A stretch of 62,646 nucleotides of DNA, filler included, from Jimgerdemannia flammicorona (taxonomy: Eukaryota): NCBI GenBank assembly GCA_003990765.1. It is 3 parts of 3 records of this genome, joined end to end, with 100 filler letters (N's around TTAATTAATTAA, not from the genome) between each part and the next. Parts side by side here need not be neighbours in the genome. Positions count along the whole stretch, not along the records: positions 1 to 20,817 come from RBNJ01001584.1; 2 more parts are not named here. One strand, 5' to 3'. Under the pieces are notes generated by a model. The model was not told where the DNA came from. It worked only from the letters and a program-made list of their open reading frames with translations, and ran no database searches. Position numbers and translations under genes: made by a program. The first letter of the stretch is position 1; each line of letters begins with the position of its first letter. Of the stretch, positions 1 to 12,394 are shown piece by piece.

Positions 1-3000
1 TAATTCACAGACCTCTTCCACCAGATAGCGATGACACCCACCCTGGGGACCCCAACCCACCCATCACCCAATTAACAAATCTCCCATCAACCCCATCTAC
101 CTTAACAGCTTCTCCTATAAATCCATCTATCACTTCTCCTTGAAAACAAAGAGCCAGTGTCCAGCCAGTCCTACCCATACTGCTAAGACCCACCCTATAG
201 TGAGCCAACTATAACCACACCACCCACTAACTGAGACTTCAAATCTTCCCAGTGATCTCTCTCTCTATCCAGTCTCCTTGCCACACTCAGCTGGTCCCCT
301 ACTGCTACCCAAAAGTCCCCCAGAACCTCACACTCTCCCAACCAATGTTCTGGAATCTGTACAAAACCCCCAACTTATCCTACATTATAACACTCCTCAC
401 AGTCTAATCGGCCACCAACCACCAGATGTTCAGCACAGAAATTCAACATAATGTTCTGCTGCAGCATCTGCTACCATATCACCCAGAACTTGGGAGAAAG
501 CCACCTCTGCACCTCAGCACTCCAGGACCAGCCACCTGCCCAGTCTCATTCCTTGCCAATCCTCACTGCCTGCCAACCACTTGACCAAATATCTTGGCCA
601 AGCCCCTGCTGACACTCCACTCCACTCCCAATATCAAACTCAGCAAGCAAAATACCCCCCAGAAGCAGTCTGTCCCATTACCACATAGCTGGTCCCCACA
701 GCATCTCCTCCTCATTACCTTGCTAGTAAAGATCTACACAGTGGACTCTATCTACCACCCCTCATCAGAAGCTCTTATACTGCAGCCATTGACTTCCATT
801 CAGATCCACCAGTAAGAGCAAATCTCCCAAGGACTCTTGAGGAGAGAATCTCATCTCCCACACCTTCTGCATCAGCAGCACCCAATCCCCACCCTGCAGT
901 TCAATAGTCCTTTTCAACCACCAGGCTTATAAGTAGTACAGCCTCTTAGGGAAGTCTACAAGGCCTAGTCCTTCCCCAACCACTGGTGTTGCAAGAGTGT
1001 TCCAACTGATCTGAGACCTTCTCTCTGCCCAAATCCAATATCTTGCTAGCTTCATCAGCCTCTTCACCACCCAAGCTGGGAAGTCCAAGTGATAGGCCAC
1101 ATACCACAGCTTGGGGAATCAGTAGATATTCAGAATCGACACCCACCCTATCAGGGAGATATGGCGACCCCCCCAACCTCTAAGAGCTTCTCCCCAAATG
1201 TTCACCCTCCTCTCCCACCATACTCATGGCAAGACAGATCCATATACAGAGAGGAAGATGCCTAGATACTGAACTACCTCTCCTGTAGGGACAATTGTTC
1301 CAATGACATCCTCTCCCACTAGCCCATTCCCCAGTACCATTGTCTCATACTTATGCCAGTTGAGTTTTGCCCCAGAGTGTGCTTCATACCATTCCACTGC
1401 CACCTTAAGTGCCTCAACATCTGCTACAAAACTAAGGTCAACTACTATGTCATTGGCAAAAGCCCCCACCTTCTATCCAATACCATACATAGAAATCCCT
1501 GCTACTTTCTGGTGAATCCTATCCATTAGAGGTTTCAATGAAAGGACATAGAGAAGAGGAGACAGTGGATCACCTTGAGGAACTCCTCTTCTCAAGAGAA
1601 ATGCCAGACCCTGGTGACTATTACACATCAGTGCAGCCCTACTGCCCTCCAACAGACTCAACATAGAAGCTCAAAATCATGAGGGAATACTAATTCTATC
1701 TAGCATCTTGCCCAGCCAGACCCTCCAAACCCAGTCATAGGCCTTCTCCTGGTCCAAAAAGATCAGTCTTCTATTCAGTCTACAAGCCTGCACTCCTTTA
1801 ATAATGCTGTGCACCCAGGCAGTCTCATCTCTGATAAGTTAGCCACCAATAAAGCCCTGCTGCTCCTCATCCAGCACCTGTTGGGCCACCTCCTGTAGCC
1901 TTGCAACAATCACCTTAGTCACTATCTTCCTGTCTATATCCAGGAGCATGATCAGTCTCCAGTTCTTCCAGTCTTCTCTCCTCCTCTTGTCTTTATACAG
2001 TAAGATCACTAGCCCTAGGTCCTGTTCTCCAACCCACTTGCCCTTCAGAAGGACATGGTCACAGAGGGTTGCCATCTCTCCTAACACCCCAGGGATCTTC
2101 ACCATTTTCTTCCAAAAGTCCCAAGGTAGTCCATCCTCATCCAGTGCTGTCCCGAGCTTAGTTGCCGCAAGGATGCTCTGAATTTCCTCCTCTTGGACTG
2201 GTAGAATCAAGTTATCAAGTCCCTCTACTTGTGGCAGTTCCCACTCCTCCAGCATATTGCCAATTTCCTCCTCATTTGCATCCCCTTCCTCCTCACTCTA
2301 CAGTCCCCTCCATCTCTCCTTCAGTATCTCTAAGATCTGTTGTATACCATACACCATCTTCCCTTCTGCATCAAGAACTCCATCCCACCTATATTGCACC
2401 CTTCTAGCTTGAAGGAGTCTTGACAAGTACCTAGTAGGCTGCTCTCTCTCCTCCAGCCCCTGCCATCATAGTCTGGTAGCTATTCCTTTCATATGAATCT
2501 CCTCCTCCTCTCGTAATATCTGTTGCAGCTCTACTACCTCCAATCTTGCCCATTCTAGCCTCCAATTCTCCACCTCTGCAGAAGAAAGCAAATCAGCCCA
2601 TTCCTTCTACAATCTCAACAGCCTATTAGAGACACACCAAACTCTCTTCCTTCTCTGCCTCCCAGCCTCCCTACCAGCTCCTTCTCAATAAACCCTTGCA
2701 GCCTCCTTCAACCTCATTCATCAGACACCTACAGCTGAACCCTCATTTATCCAGACAGTAATCTTCGTCTGAATGTCCTCCACCCATGGGTCCCACAGCC
2801 CCTTCTCAGTCAGCAGGGAGGAGTTAAGGCACTAATGTCTGGGTCCTTCGCCACTCCCCCCAAACTGCCCCTGCCCTAATAGCCCCCAGTAATCAGACCA
2901 TGGGCACCACTCTACCTCCAAAGTCCTCCAAACATCAATACCCCAATACTTGGCCATCAGAATCCAGTCAATCCTTATATCCAGTCCATTCACCCAGTGT

Positions 3001-4180
3001 ATATAGACCCTCAAGTCACCCTACTTCATCCTACCCATATTCCCTAAGGAGCTAAGGTTCTCTATCTCCTCTCATGCATCCAGACCACCACTCCTCCCAC
3101 CTGCACTTCTCCCTCCATCAGTTCTATCTAACTGTGGATCCCACACTATATTAAAATTACCTCCCAGAATATCTACTCCTTCCTCCATAAGAATACCCTC
3201 CTCTAACAGATTCCTAATCCACTCAATCCTCTCACCCCTAACTGCAGAGCAGTAGTAGGAGCCAACCCTCACTGATTCCCATCCAGGTCTATGCCATTCT
3301 CCCTAGACCAAACAGTCACCCCAACACCTGATGTCCCCCAAATCTCCTCTACCCTTCCTCATCAGAATCGCCACTTTGCCAATCCAAACAGTAGCTCCAT
3401 CCCATTCTCTAGTCCACTCTACCTAATCCTCTTCATCTTTATACTGTATATTCTGTAGTAAAAATAGATCAGCCTCCAATCCCTTAAGCCAAGTAAAAAT
3501 GTTCTTATAATATCCAGATCCCCTCAACCCATTTACATTCAAAGTGAAAATGTTAGTTGGACTGTTCATAAGGAATAATGTTGATTATCAATCTCATCCC
3601 CTACAAATCTGTATTCAACTCCTCCTGTGCCAAGTCCAAGTCATGTTCCACAGCCAGTTCCTTCTCTTCAGCCACCTGTGCCTCCAACCCCACCAGAAGT
3701 TCAGCCATCACCCCATCCTCTTTCTCCTCAAAGTCCTCACAATATTCCAGGCATGTCTCCTGCCAGAGTTGCAACCCATGATGCTCTGCCCAACAGTAGG
3801 CAGCTTACTCACTAGCAACAACCACTAGTTCAGCCTCCCTCACCTTATAAATCTCATACATATCTCTTCTCCTCCAGGAAGATCACAAGTATCTCTGCCA
3901 TCAGTGCCTCCACAACCCCATCTCCACACAGAATCCACACCCAGTGCTCCTCAGGCATCACATGCAGGTCCACTTCCCCCAACTCCTCAGCTGTGAAGTT
4001 ATCCATCATTTTACTCATCTACAGCAGATTCCCCACCTCCTTCCCTCCAGGCATCCCTGGCCTCCCTGCATCCAGCATTGTGGTATCTGCTTCTATACTG
4101 GCAGTCTCATCCCACTCCTCCTCTGGGACATCCACCAGCTCATTCTCACCAACTGCCACCACCTGGTCCTCTTTTGCAAC
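1..4180 (-). mobile_element. L1/Tx1-clade LINE copy A, 3' part (end of ORF1, then ORF2 APE endonuclease-RT-CCHC), degenerate
   Basis: Minus-strand ORF fragments carry APE motifs (GGNFN, RIDWIL, SDYWG) and RT motifs (DEDGLPWDFWK, NWRLIMLLDID, GVPQGDPLSPLLY, FAND, YLGI). Many stops. Interrupted by the copia element after 4185. Confidence 0.92.
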
Positions 4181-4185
4181 ATCGG

Positions 4186-4341
4186 TGTTGAAATTCCTAG
4201 AATTTGGGTTACATCTCGATATGTGGTGGCACAGCCAATCTTTGGATATGTCATCAATCTAGAACACATAAAAGTGCATAAGCTGGGATCAATAAACATC
4301 TCTCGCTCTCTCGCTCCCTCTATTCCAAGTATTCTACAACA
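4186..4341 (+). repeat. Copia 5' LTR (156 bp)
   Basis: Direct repeat of 8879-9034 with 8 mismatches. TG...CA ends and an internal AATAAA. Confidence 0.97.
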
Positions 4342-4344
4342 AAA

Positions 4345-4356
4345 GGTTATGAGCCC
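4345..4356 (+). promoter_or_regulatory. Primer-binding site GGTTATGAGCCC (tRNA-iMet anticodon-arm / half-tRNA type)
   Basis: Lies 3 nt after the 5' LTR. Matches the PBS style of yeast Ty5 and Drosophila copia rather than the canonical TGGTATCAGAGC. Confidence 0.8.
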
Positions 4357-4407
4357 CACTTAGTGGCTATACACCCCTCTTACATATATGCTACACTATG
4401 CTATACA

Positions 4408-7400
4408 ATGGCTACTAGTCCAAGCAGTGCTAGCAGCGCGCTGCCAAGTTCTGGTAACATGAACACAAATACAGCCAGAATGGGTTTTGCTCCCATGACG
4501 ATAAACATTCTGGCAGTGGTGCCAACGTCAATGGTAAAGAGGACGATTCCTGTCTTTGACAGTAAGGACTATGCCATATGGGCATATCATATGAAGAATC
4601 TCCTAGAAAAATGTAGTTTGGAGGACTACTGGAAGCCACAGGTGCAAGTAACAACATACGATACCGCGAAAGATCACAAAGCACTAAGGGAGATTACGTT
4701 CACCCTTTCGAATGCACAAATGAAGCTGGTAATCAATGCTACGATGGTGAATGAAGCCTGGGAGACCCTACGTGATCATCATCAACAAGTATCTGCATCC
4801 AACAGATTCCACCTAAAGGGACAGTTATTCAATCTATGGAAGAAGCCCAAGGAGGGCATTCAAGAGTATGCCAACTACATCAACGATCTGACAAATCAGG
4901 TGAATTCTCTTTCTACACCGACAGACCTCATCAGGGAGGAAGACAAGGTCCTGGCCCTTATTCGAGGCCTTCCCAATGCATTTAACATAGTTGTGTCTGC
5001 TATACGGGAATCTGATAAGCTCTTGGACTATAAGTACATTATCACGAGCCTATTAAATGATGAATCGAGGCAGAACAATGGTGCAAATGAAGACTATGAC
5101 AAGAAAGCGTTCTATGGCGCATGTGGTCGAGGCAAAGGAAAGCCAAGCAAAGGACGAGGACAATGCGATGGTCAATGCACCAAATTCGGCGGTAAGTGCT
5201 TCTACTGTAATAAGCTCAGACATCATGTCCAAGATTGCAATCTTAAGAAGAAAGAAAAGAGAGACCAATGTGGTCAAGTGAACATCATGGATACCAACAA
5301 TCAAGGTGGCGACGGAATGTTTTTCATGGAGATGGAGAACTGCCAATATGCTGATGTAAGCTATATGCCTGACAGTGCTAACATGTGCAGCAAAGATGTT
5401 TGGCTCATGGATTCCGGCACAACACAACATATGACGACACACCACGAATGGTTCTCTATGTATGAGAAGTTTGAGCATCCCGTACCTATCAAACTAGGTG
5501 ACAACAATGTGATCTACGCTCAGGGTAAAGGAAATGTCAGTATACATCTGCATGGAAAGGTCGAAGAACCCTCAGGCACCTTTGCGGATGTGCTATATAC
5601 TCCGAATATAGGCAAAAATCTCCTCTCGATAGGACGAATGATGGCCCGAGGAGACAAAGGAGTAAACATATGCCCAAATGGAGTAATGGTAATCGATATA
5701 AAGAATAATAATAAATTAATGTATATGTCGAAAAGAGGAAATCTTTATGCAATTGACAGTATGCCGAATGGTACATCAGCACATTCCACAATGGCAAACG
5801 ACACCTGGCGTATATAGCATGAACGATTAGGACACATCGGCGAGACAAGCTTAGAACAGATGATGAGGAATAGCTCAGTGAAAGGATTGCCGAACTGTAT
5901 ATCTCCAAACTTCTTTTGCGATGACTGCACAGTGAATAAGGCTTCCCGGAAATCTTTTCAGGAATAGATGAAGTGAGCAAACAGTATACTCGACCTTATA
6001 TATATGGACATCTGCGGTCCCATACATATGTCATCACACTCCGGGAAGAAGTACTTCATTACTTTCATAGATGACTACACTCATAAGGCCCACATATACT
6101 TCCTCTCTGCAAAGAGCAAAGCATTTGAGAAATTCAAAGAATTCAAGGCGAGCATGGAGAATGATACGAAACATCAGATAGGGATGCTATGCTCGGATAA
6201 CAGGACAGAATATGTAAATAAGTCCTTTAAATATTTTTTAAAAGAGCATGGAATATGACATTTTAGAACAGCTCCCTATACACTGCAACAAAATGGTGTG
6301 GTGGAATGGTTCAATCGAATGATCATCGAGATGGCCTGAATGATGATGAATGCAGCTGGCCTGCTGCAATCCTTCTGGGCCAAAGCATTGAACACAGTGG
6401 TGTATATATGTAATCAATGCATTTCTCGAGCCTTATGCAAAGAGAGTGATGTACAGTCTAAGGATGATAACCTTACACCTAAAGAACTGTGGAGCGGATC
6501 CAAGCCCGACGTCTCGCACTTACGGACATTTGGAAGCGAGGCTTATATATTGGATAAAAGTGGAAATAGAGGAAAATTCGAGCCTAAGGCAGATAAGCAT
6601 ATATTCCTTGGATACGATGGATCAGCATATAGGCTGTAGAATATGCAAAAGCACGGTATAATCATCTCTTGTGATGTTCAGTTCAAAGAGAAAGCAAAGG
6701 AAGGTTGCATGGAAATTCCTATACCCGTAACCAATCCAATGGCGAGTAGAATTATACCAACGGTGAGCATGAATACTATACCAATGATTCTAACAACAAT
6801 GGTACAACCTATGTCAACGAGATCGATGGTGCAAGTACCTATGAGATCTCCTGAACCGAGAATTACAGAGATTTCAGATAATGAAGAGGAAGATATCTCT
6901 CCAAAGGGTAAGAAGAAGCACAAATCTAGGATGGATAATGAAGTCCAAGCAGATCTGGGAAATTACTGGAACCCACCCAAGTCATCTCATCGCAAACAAC
7001 ATCATGTAAACTATGCCTGCGAATGTGCTTACATAGCAATGACCGGTGAGCTAGCACACTATGACAAAGCCATTCATTTGAATGATAAAAAGGAGTGGAA
7101 AAAGGCTATGGATGAGGAGCATAACTCACTCATTGAGAATGACACGTGGGACTTGGTCCCTCTTCTGGCAAATCGACAAGCCATAGGATCCCGATGGGTG
7201 TATAAAATTAAGCACGATAGCAATGGCAGCATAGAATGATACAAGGCCCAATTCATGGCAAAGGGGTATTCACAAGACTTTGGAGTCGACTATGACAAAA
7301 CATTTTCCCCAGTATTTAAGCTTACTTCGCTTAGAATACTTCTTGCGATCAGTGCCAAGTATGACTATGAGATACATCAAATGGACGTTAAGACAGCCTT

Positions 7401-8631
7401 CCTAAATAGAGATGTGGATACCGAACTATATGTTCTTCAACCACAAGGATATGAACTCTACAACAATGAGAAGGAGTTAGTATGTAGACTATGCAAAGGC
7501 CTCTACAGCATAAAACAGGTGGTGAGGCTGTGGAATCGAAAGATTGATGATTATCTCATAGAAGAGAATGGGTTCAAACAATGTGAAGCAGACCCATGCA
7601 TATACACTCATCATACATCCTCAGGAATGGTGTACCTGGGAATTTGGGTTGACAATATCATTCTGGTTGGGATGACAAGTGAGATCAATGAAGTAAAGGT
7701 GGCATTATGCAAGAAGTTCAAGATGACAGATATGGGTGACATGTCTTTCCTTTTGGGGATATCCATCGTATGTGACAGGAGCATGCATACTATATACCTA
7801 AGCCAAGAAGCCTATATTCAGACAATACTCGAGCGATTTGGCATGAGCAAGTGCAAGCCAGTCGGAACCACAATGGAGACATCTGTGAGGTTAAAGAAGT
7901 CTGGAACTATACTCGAAAATAACAACATCCCCTATTGACAAGCTGTGGGGTCCCTCATGTATCTTATGCTTGGGATGAGACCTGACATATTGTTTGCAGT
8001 CAACAAAGTGGTGCAATACTTGTCATGCTACGATAATTCGCATTGGACAGCGGTTAAGCACATTCTTCAGTATATCAAAGGTACAGCACATTATATGCTC
8101 AGCTTAGGCAATGACGGCAAAGGAGTAAGCGGGAGTACCATAAATCTCTCCGGCACATGTGACGCCGATTGGGCTGGCGATTTGGATGACAGATGGTCTA
8201 CGACAGGATACATCTTTAAACTAAATGGAAAAGGGGCTATTTCGTGGCAAACACATAAGCAATCATTGGTAGCGACATCCTCTATGCAAGCGGAATATCA
8301 AGCATTGTCAACAGCAATAAAGGAAGCTATATGGCTTCAGAAACTGTTAAAAGAGTTGGGATTCTCTCAGGAACGAAACCCTACACTACTCCAACAAGAC
8401 AATCAGTCTATGATAGCTTTGGCGAAGAACCCTATACATCACACCAGAACGAAACACATTGACATACAGCATCATTTCATACGTGAATGCATGGAAAATG
8501 GCACTATACATCTTGAATACATCCCAACAGAATATATGATGGCAGATTCATTAACTAAAGCCCTTCCAAAGGCAAAGTTTGACTTATGCATGCAAGGAAT
8601 GGGTATTACGGGACTCTATGCTGGTAATTAA
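4408..8631 (+). pseudogene. Copia gag-pol polyprotein, inactivated by nonsense codons
   Basis: Zn knuckle CFYCNKLRHHVQDC, protease WLMDSGTTQHM, integrase HERLGH/DICGP/QQNGVVE, RT HQMDVKTAFLN, RNase H DADWAGD and KHIDIQHHF. All ORF pieces (4363, 6004, 6340, 6643, 7255, 7945) share one reading frame and are broken only by stops. Confidence 0.95.
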
Positions 8632-8878
8632 GGACAATTTGGGATGAGATAGGATAATAGAGCAACAGCAAGCTTCTTTAACATTGATTCCTGCATTGGT
8701 GATTTCTACCAACATTTCTTATCTACATATGTTCATTGCATTACTTTTTCATCCTATTTTTGAGCTTTTAAGCAGGGAAATCAAGTATTTTTCGGTTCCT
8801 AGATAGCAATCTGAACATTGTAGTAGGATCTGCAATGGTTATAACTTAGTTTTCTTTACATATCTCATTGAGCGGGAG

Positions 8879-9034
8879 TGTTGAAATTCCTAGAATTTGG
8901 GTTACATCTCAATATATGGTGGCACAGCCAATCTTTGGATATGTCATCAATCTAGAATGTGTAAAAGTGCATAAGCTGGGATCAATAAACATCTCTCGCT
9001 CTCTCGCTCCCTCCATTCCAAGTATTCCACAACA
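8879..9034 (+). repeat. Copia 3' LTR (156 bp)
   Basis: Repeat of 4186-4341, preceded by the PPT and followed by the TSD ATCGG. Confidence 0.97.
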
Positions 9035-9039
9035 ATCGG

Positions 9040-10535
9040 AGATACCAAAATGTACTCGCTGGGTACTCTGCATCAGTATATCCTCTGCTGCCCTGCTCTC
9101 TACAACTGGGCCCCTCCTGATAAGAGGGGGGGGGGTGTCATCCAAATCCTCCTCCCAGACTTTGAATATACCATCTGCATAAGGGTCCTTACTCAGTATC
9201 TTCTCAGCCCCATCCTTGTCTGCCTCTACCTCCCCTCCTGCTTTACTAGTCCAGACACTGACTTCGATGCCCCCAGACTTCTCAGCCCCATCTACATACT
9301 CACCAATAGCACCCTCTGCCTCATGCACCCCTGGGCCTGCTCCCACTGCCTCTTGTCAGTGCAGATATGCTTCCTCTCTACAATCTCCAAATGCCTCAAT
9401 TCAACATAATTCTTCCAGGCCTTCATCCTTTACTCAACAGCTCCACCCATCTCTTCTAGAGCCTCCGGGAGATCCTCCTCTTCCTCCTCACTCCCTTTCA
9501 CCCTCGATACCTGACAGATGAAAGCCCCTCATAGTATCACCAAAGGCCAGTCACTCATCTTTTCAGTGGCCTCCTTCTCTGCTAGCTGAATCTGGATATC
9601 AATATCATTAGTCCTAATGGTGGTCCTCTCCCATATCTGAAAATCAATATTAACTATATTGTCATACTCTACCATCACCTCCTCAACCCTCCTTCTCATC
9701 TCAATCACCATCACTGTAGGTACCCCCTTCACCAGCAGCTGAACCACTCTGGGGTCCCATCTAAGAAAGCACACCATAGGGACCACCACTTCCCCAACCA
9801 CTACTCCAGTCTTCAGAGCTTCATCCAGAGGGCCTGCCTCCTCAAAGCCCTCCTCAACTCCCTCCAGACCCTTCAGGAACTTCACTGAGGCAGCCCCAGC
9901 CACCTACTTCAAGATAAGCCCCAGGACCATCCTCGCTATCACCACCAAGCCCCAGAAGCATGAGGTAGCTGCAAACTCCAAGATCGACTTCTTGATCAAT
10001 GGTGCCACCATCAGCCCCATTACACCATCTGCCAGGTCCCCCTCCACTTTAGGAACCCCTGCTCCACCTTGCCATCACTCATCACATCTCTTTTTTTTTC
10101 CTGATTTCCTGACACACTTCCATCAGCAGTCCCACTCCCAGCCACAGCCCCTTCAGACCCTATGCTCATACCCCCAGCCTGAGCCCCACTCCCCCTCCCA
10201 AGGCTTACCTTGTCCTTCCCCTCAGCAGTACCAGCCCTAGCTCTAGCCAGCCATCCACTCCCCTTCACCTTGTCCACAAAGCTTGGGGGGCCAGGCCTTC
10301 CCCTATTGCCATCTGATACCAGTCCTCCTCCAGAGCCCTCTCTACCCTTCGACCCTCCAAAGGCCCCCATCCCCAGGCCATAACCCCTCCCAACATTCTG
10401 CCAGCCAAAAACCCCAGGTCCACCTGACTCAGCATATCTGTCAGAACTCTTGCTCAATGAGATTTATATAGTACCTTTTCTCTAAGTTGTGTTGAAAACT
10501 ATTGCTTAAAGTTGGTATAATGTGAATTATACTCT
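9040..10535 (-). mobile_element. LINE copy A, 5' part (ORF1 N-terminal region); 5' boundary approximate
   Basis: ORFs 10020-10457 and 9529-9903 (VKFLKGLEGVEEGFEE...WDPRVVQLLVKG) are homologous to ORF1 of the LINEs at 12395 and 32116. The sequence resumes directly after the copia TSD. Confidence 0.9.
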
Positions 10536-10639
10536 TGGGATTGGTGGGTCTTAGAGGAATCAACTATCTCTGAGATCTCTCTAATGGAGCCAAATGGCTG
10601 CACCTCAATCTCAGAGCTTAGAGACTTTCTACTAGTGGA

Positions 10640-12308
10640 GCTTTAGCCTAAAGATAGCCTGAACTTAGCAAGGGTATGACCTTTATAGTCTAGAGGATGA
10701 ACCCATCAAGCCTAGAAGAATACTAATGTTTAGAACCAGACTAGCCATGCAGCCACCTCAAGGAACTTACATCCAACTGACCTCAAGGTCTGGGCTCACC
10801 AGACAAGAAATAACTATAGAAGGAAGAACTATTGACCTCAGATATATAGGTGAAATAAAGATCATCCTGCACAATAGTAGTAGAGAATGGCATTGAATCA
10901 TTAGAGGACAGAAGATTGCCCAAGCAGTCTTCATGAAGGTCAAGATCCAACAACTATAAGAAGTCTCCAAACTAACCAAAGAAACAAGATAAGCAGAAGG
11001 ATTTGGAAGCTCAGATAAGAAGGAAATACATCTCCTTCAGGTCAATTACCTCAAGAGGAATGTCTCCCAGTAAGTGTACTACCAACCAGTCAAACTGTAC
11101 AAGAATCTCATCCTGGAGCCTGGAGAGCAAACCACCTTCGAAATCTTTACACCACCCAACCCCAGAAACCTCTTCTTTGAACTCAATGAAGATATTCTGA
11201 AACTGGATATAGAAGGATATATATTCCTAGACAAGATGAATCCAGTACACATCCAAGCAACCAACCAGAGTTAAGAAAGCATCATCTTGCCAAAAGAAAC
11301 TATCATAGGACATCTGGTACCTTTCCTCAACCAAACTTACAGAGAAGTTTATGAACTAAACTTATTGGGAAATGGCAAAGGATCTCAGAAGAAAGGGAAG
11401 GCCCCTCTGTAATTCAGGAGACAGTGAAGCCTTCCACTAACATTGGAGAAGAATTGACACCCCAACAACAACAACAACTAGTGAGACTCCTCAATAAGTA
11501 TCAAGATATCTTCACTACAGATTATGGAAATCTGCCATATATCCCATCATATCACTATAGTATAAATATAGAAAATACAACACCCATCTGACAGAAACCT
11601 TATAGGATACTCTATCACTTATGGATATTCAAAAAGGAACACATTTAAGAACTCTTAGACAATAGAGTCATCCGACCCTCAACCAGCCCTTAGACCTATC
11701 CTATACTTATTGTACCAAAGAAAGAAGGATGGAGACTCTGCATAGACTACAGGAAACTTGATTCAGTCACTGAAAAGGATGCCTATCCTATGCCCAGAAT
11801 TGATGATCTCTTAGACTAGTTACAAGATGCCAGATACTTCAGCAGTATGGATCTTTTTACAGGATTCCACAAAATCCCCATAGACCCCAAGAACATTCAG
11901 AAAACAGCCTTTCTTGTCCTAGAAAAACTGTTTGAATATCTCCAAATGCCCTTTGGACTTTGTAATATACCTCTCACCTTCCAGAGAATAATAAATTCAG
12001 TCTATACCCCCCTGATCTACCACTGCCTGATTATATATATGGATGATTCTAATATCTATTCAGCAAATTTCAAGGAATACCTACACTATCTAGAAGAATT
12101 CTTCAGAGACTCAATGCTAGAAAATGCTACTTTGGAATACAAAAACTTGAATTCCTTAGATTCATAATTTCAAAAGAAAGAACCTATGTAGACCTAAAGA
12201 AAACCAAGAAGATCAACAATTGGCCAATATCTAAGATCTTGAAGAAAATACTATCCTTCCTGATGCTAGTATCCTATTACAGGAGGTTTATCAAGAACTT
12301 TGCCCAAA
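10640..12308 (+). mobile_element. Ty3/gypsy pol, 5' part (dUTPase domain then RT), degenerate
   Basis: dUTPase motifs GYDLYS, SRSGL, GEIKIILHN, GQKIAQ, EGFGSS (about 10670-11010). RT motifs [21 protein letters not shown], ending YYRRFIKNFAQ at the LINE insertion. Confidence 0.88.
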
Positions 12309-12394
12309 GACCATCTCTTTCCAGTACCATTCAGGTTACACAACCTTTGGAGGACACTTACAACTTCGTTTTTTGGTGAAAAGAGACTAACAAC

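Larger units (their letters stand above)
4186..9034 (+). mobile_element. Complete Ty1/copia LTR retrotransposon inserted in LINE copy A
   Basis: Two 156-bp LTRs (TGTTG...CAACA), a 5-bp TSD ATCGG at 4181-4185 and 9035-9039, a PBS, a PPT GAGCGGGAG at 8870-8878, and gag-PR-INT-RT-RH domain order. Confidence 0.97.
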
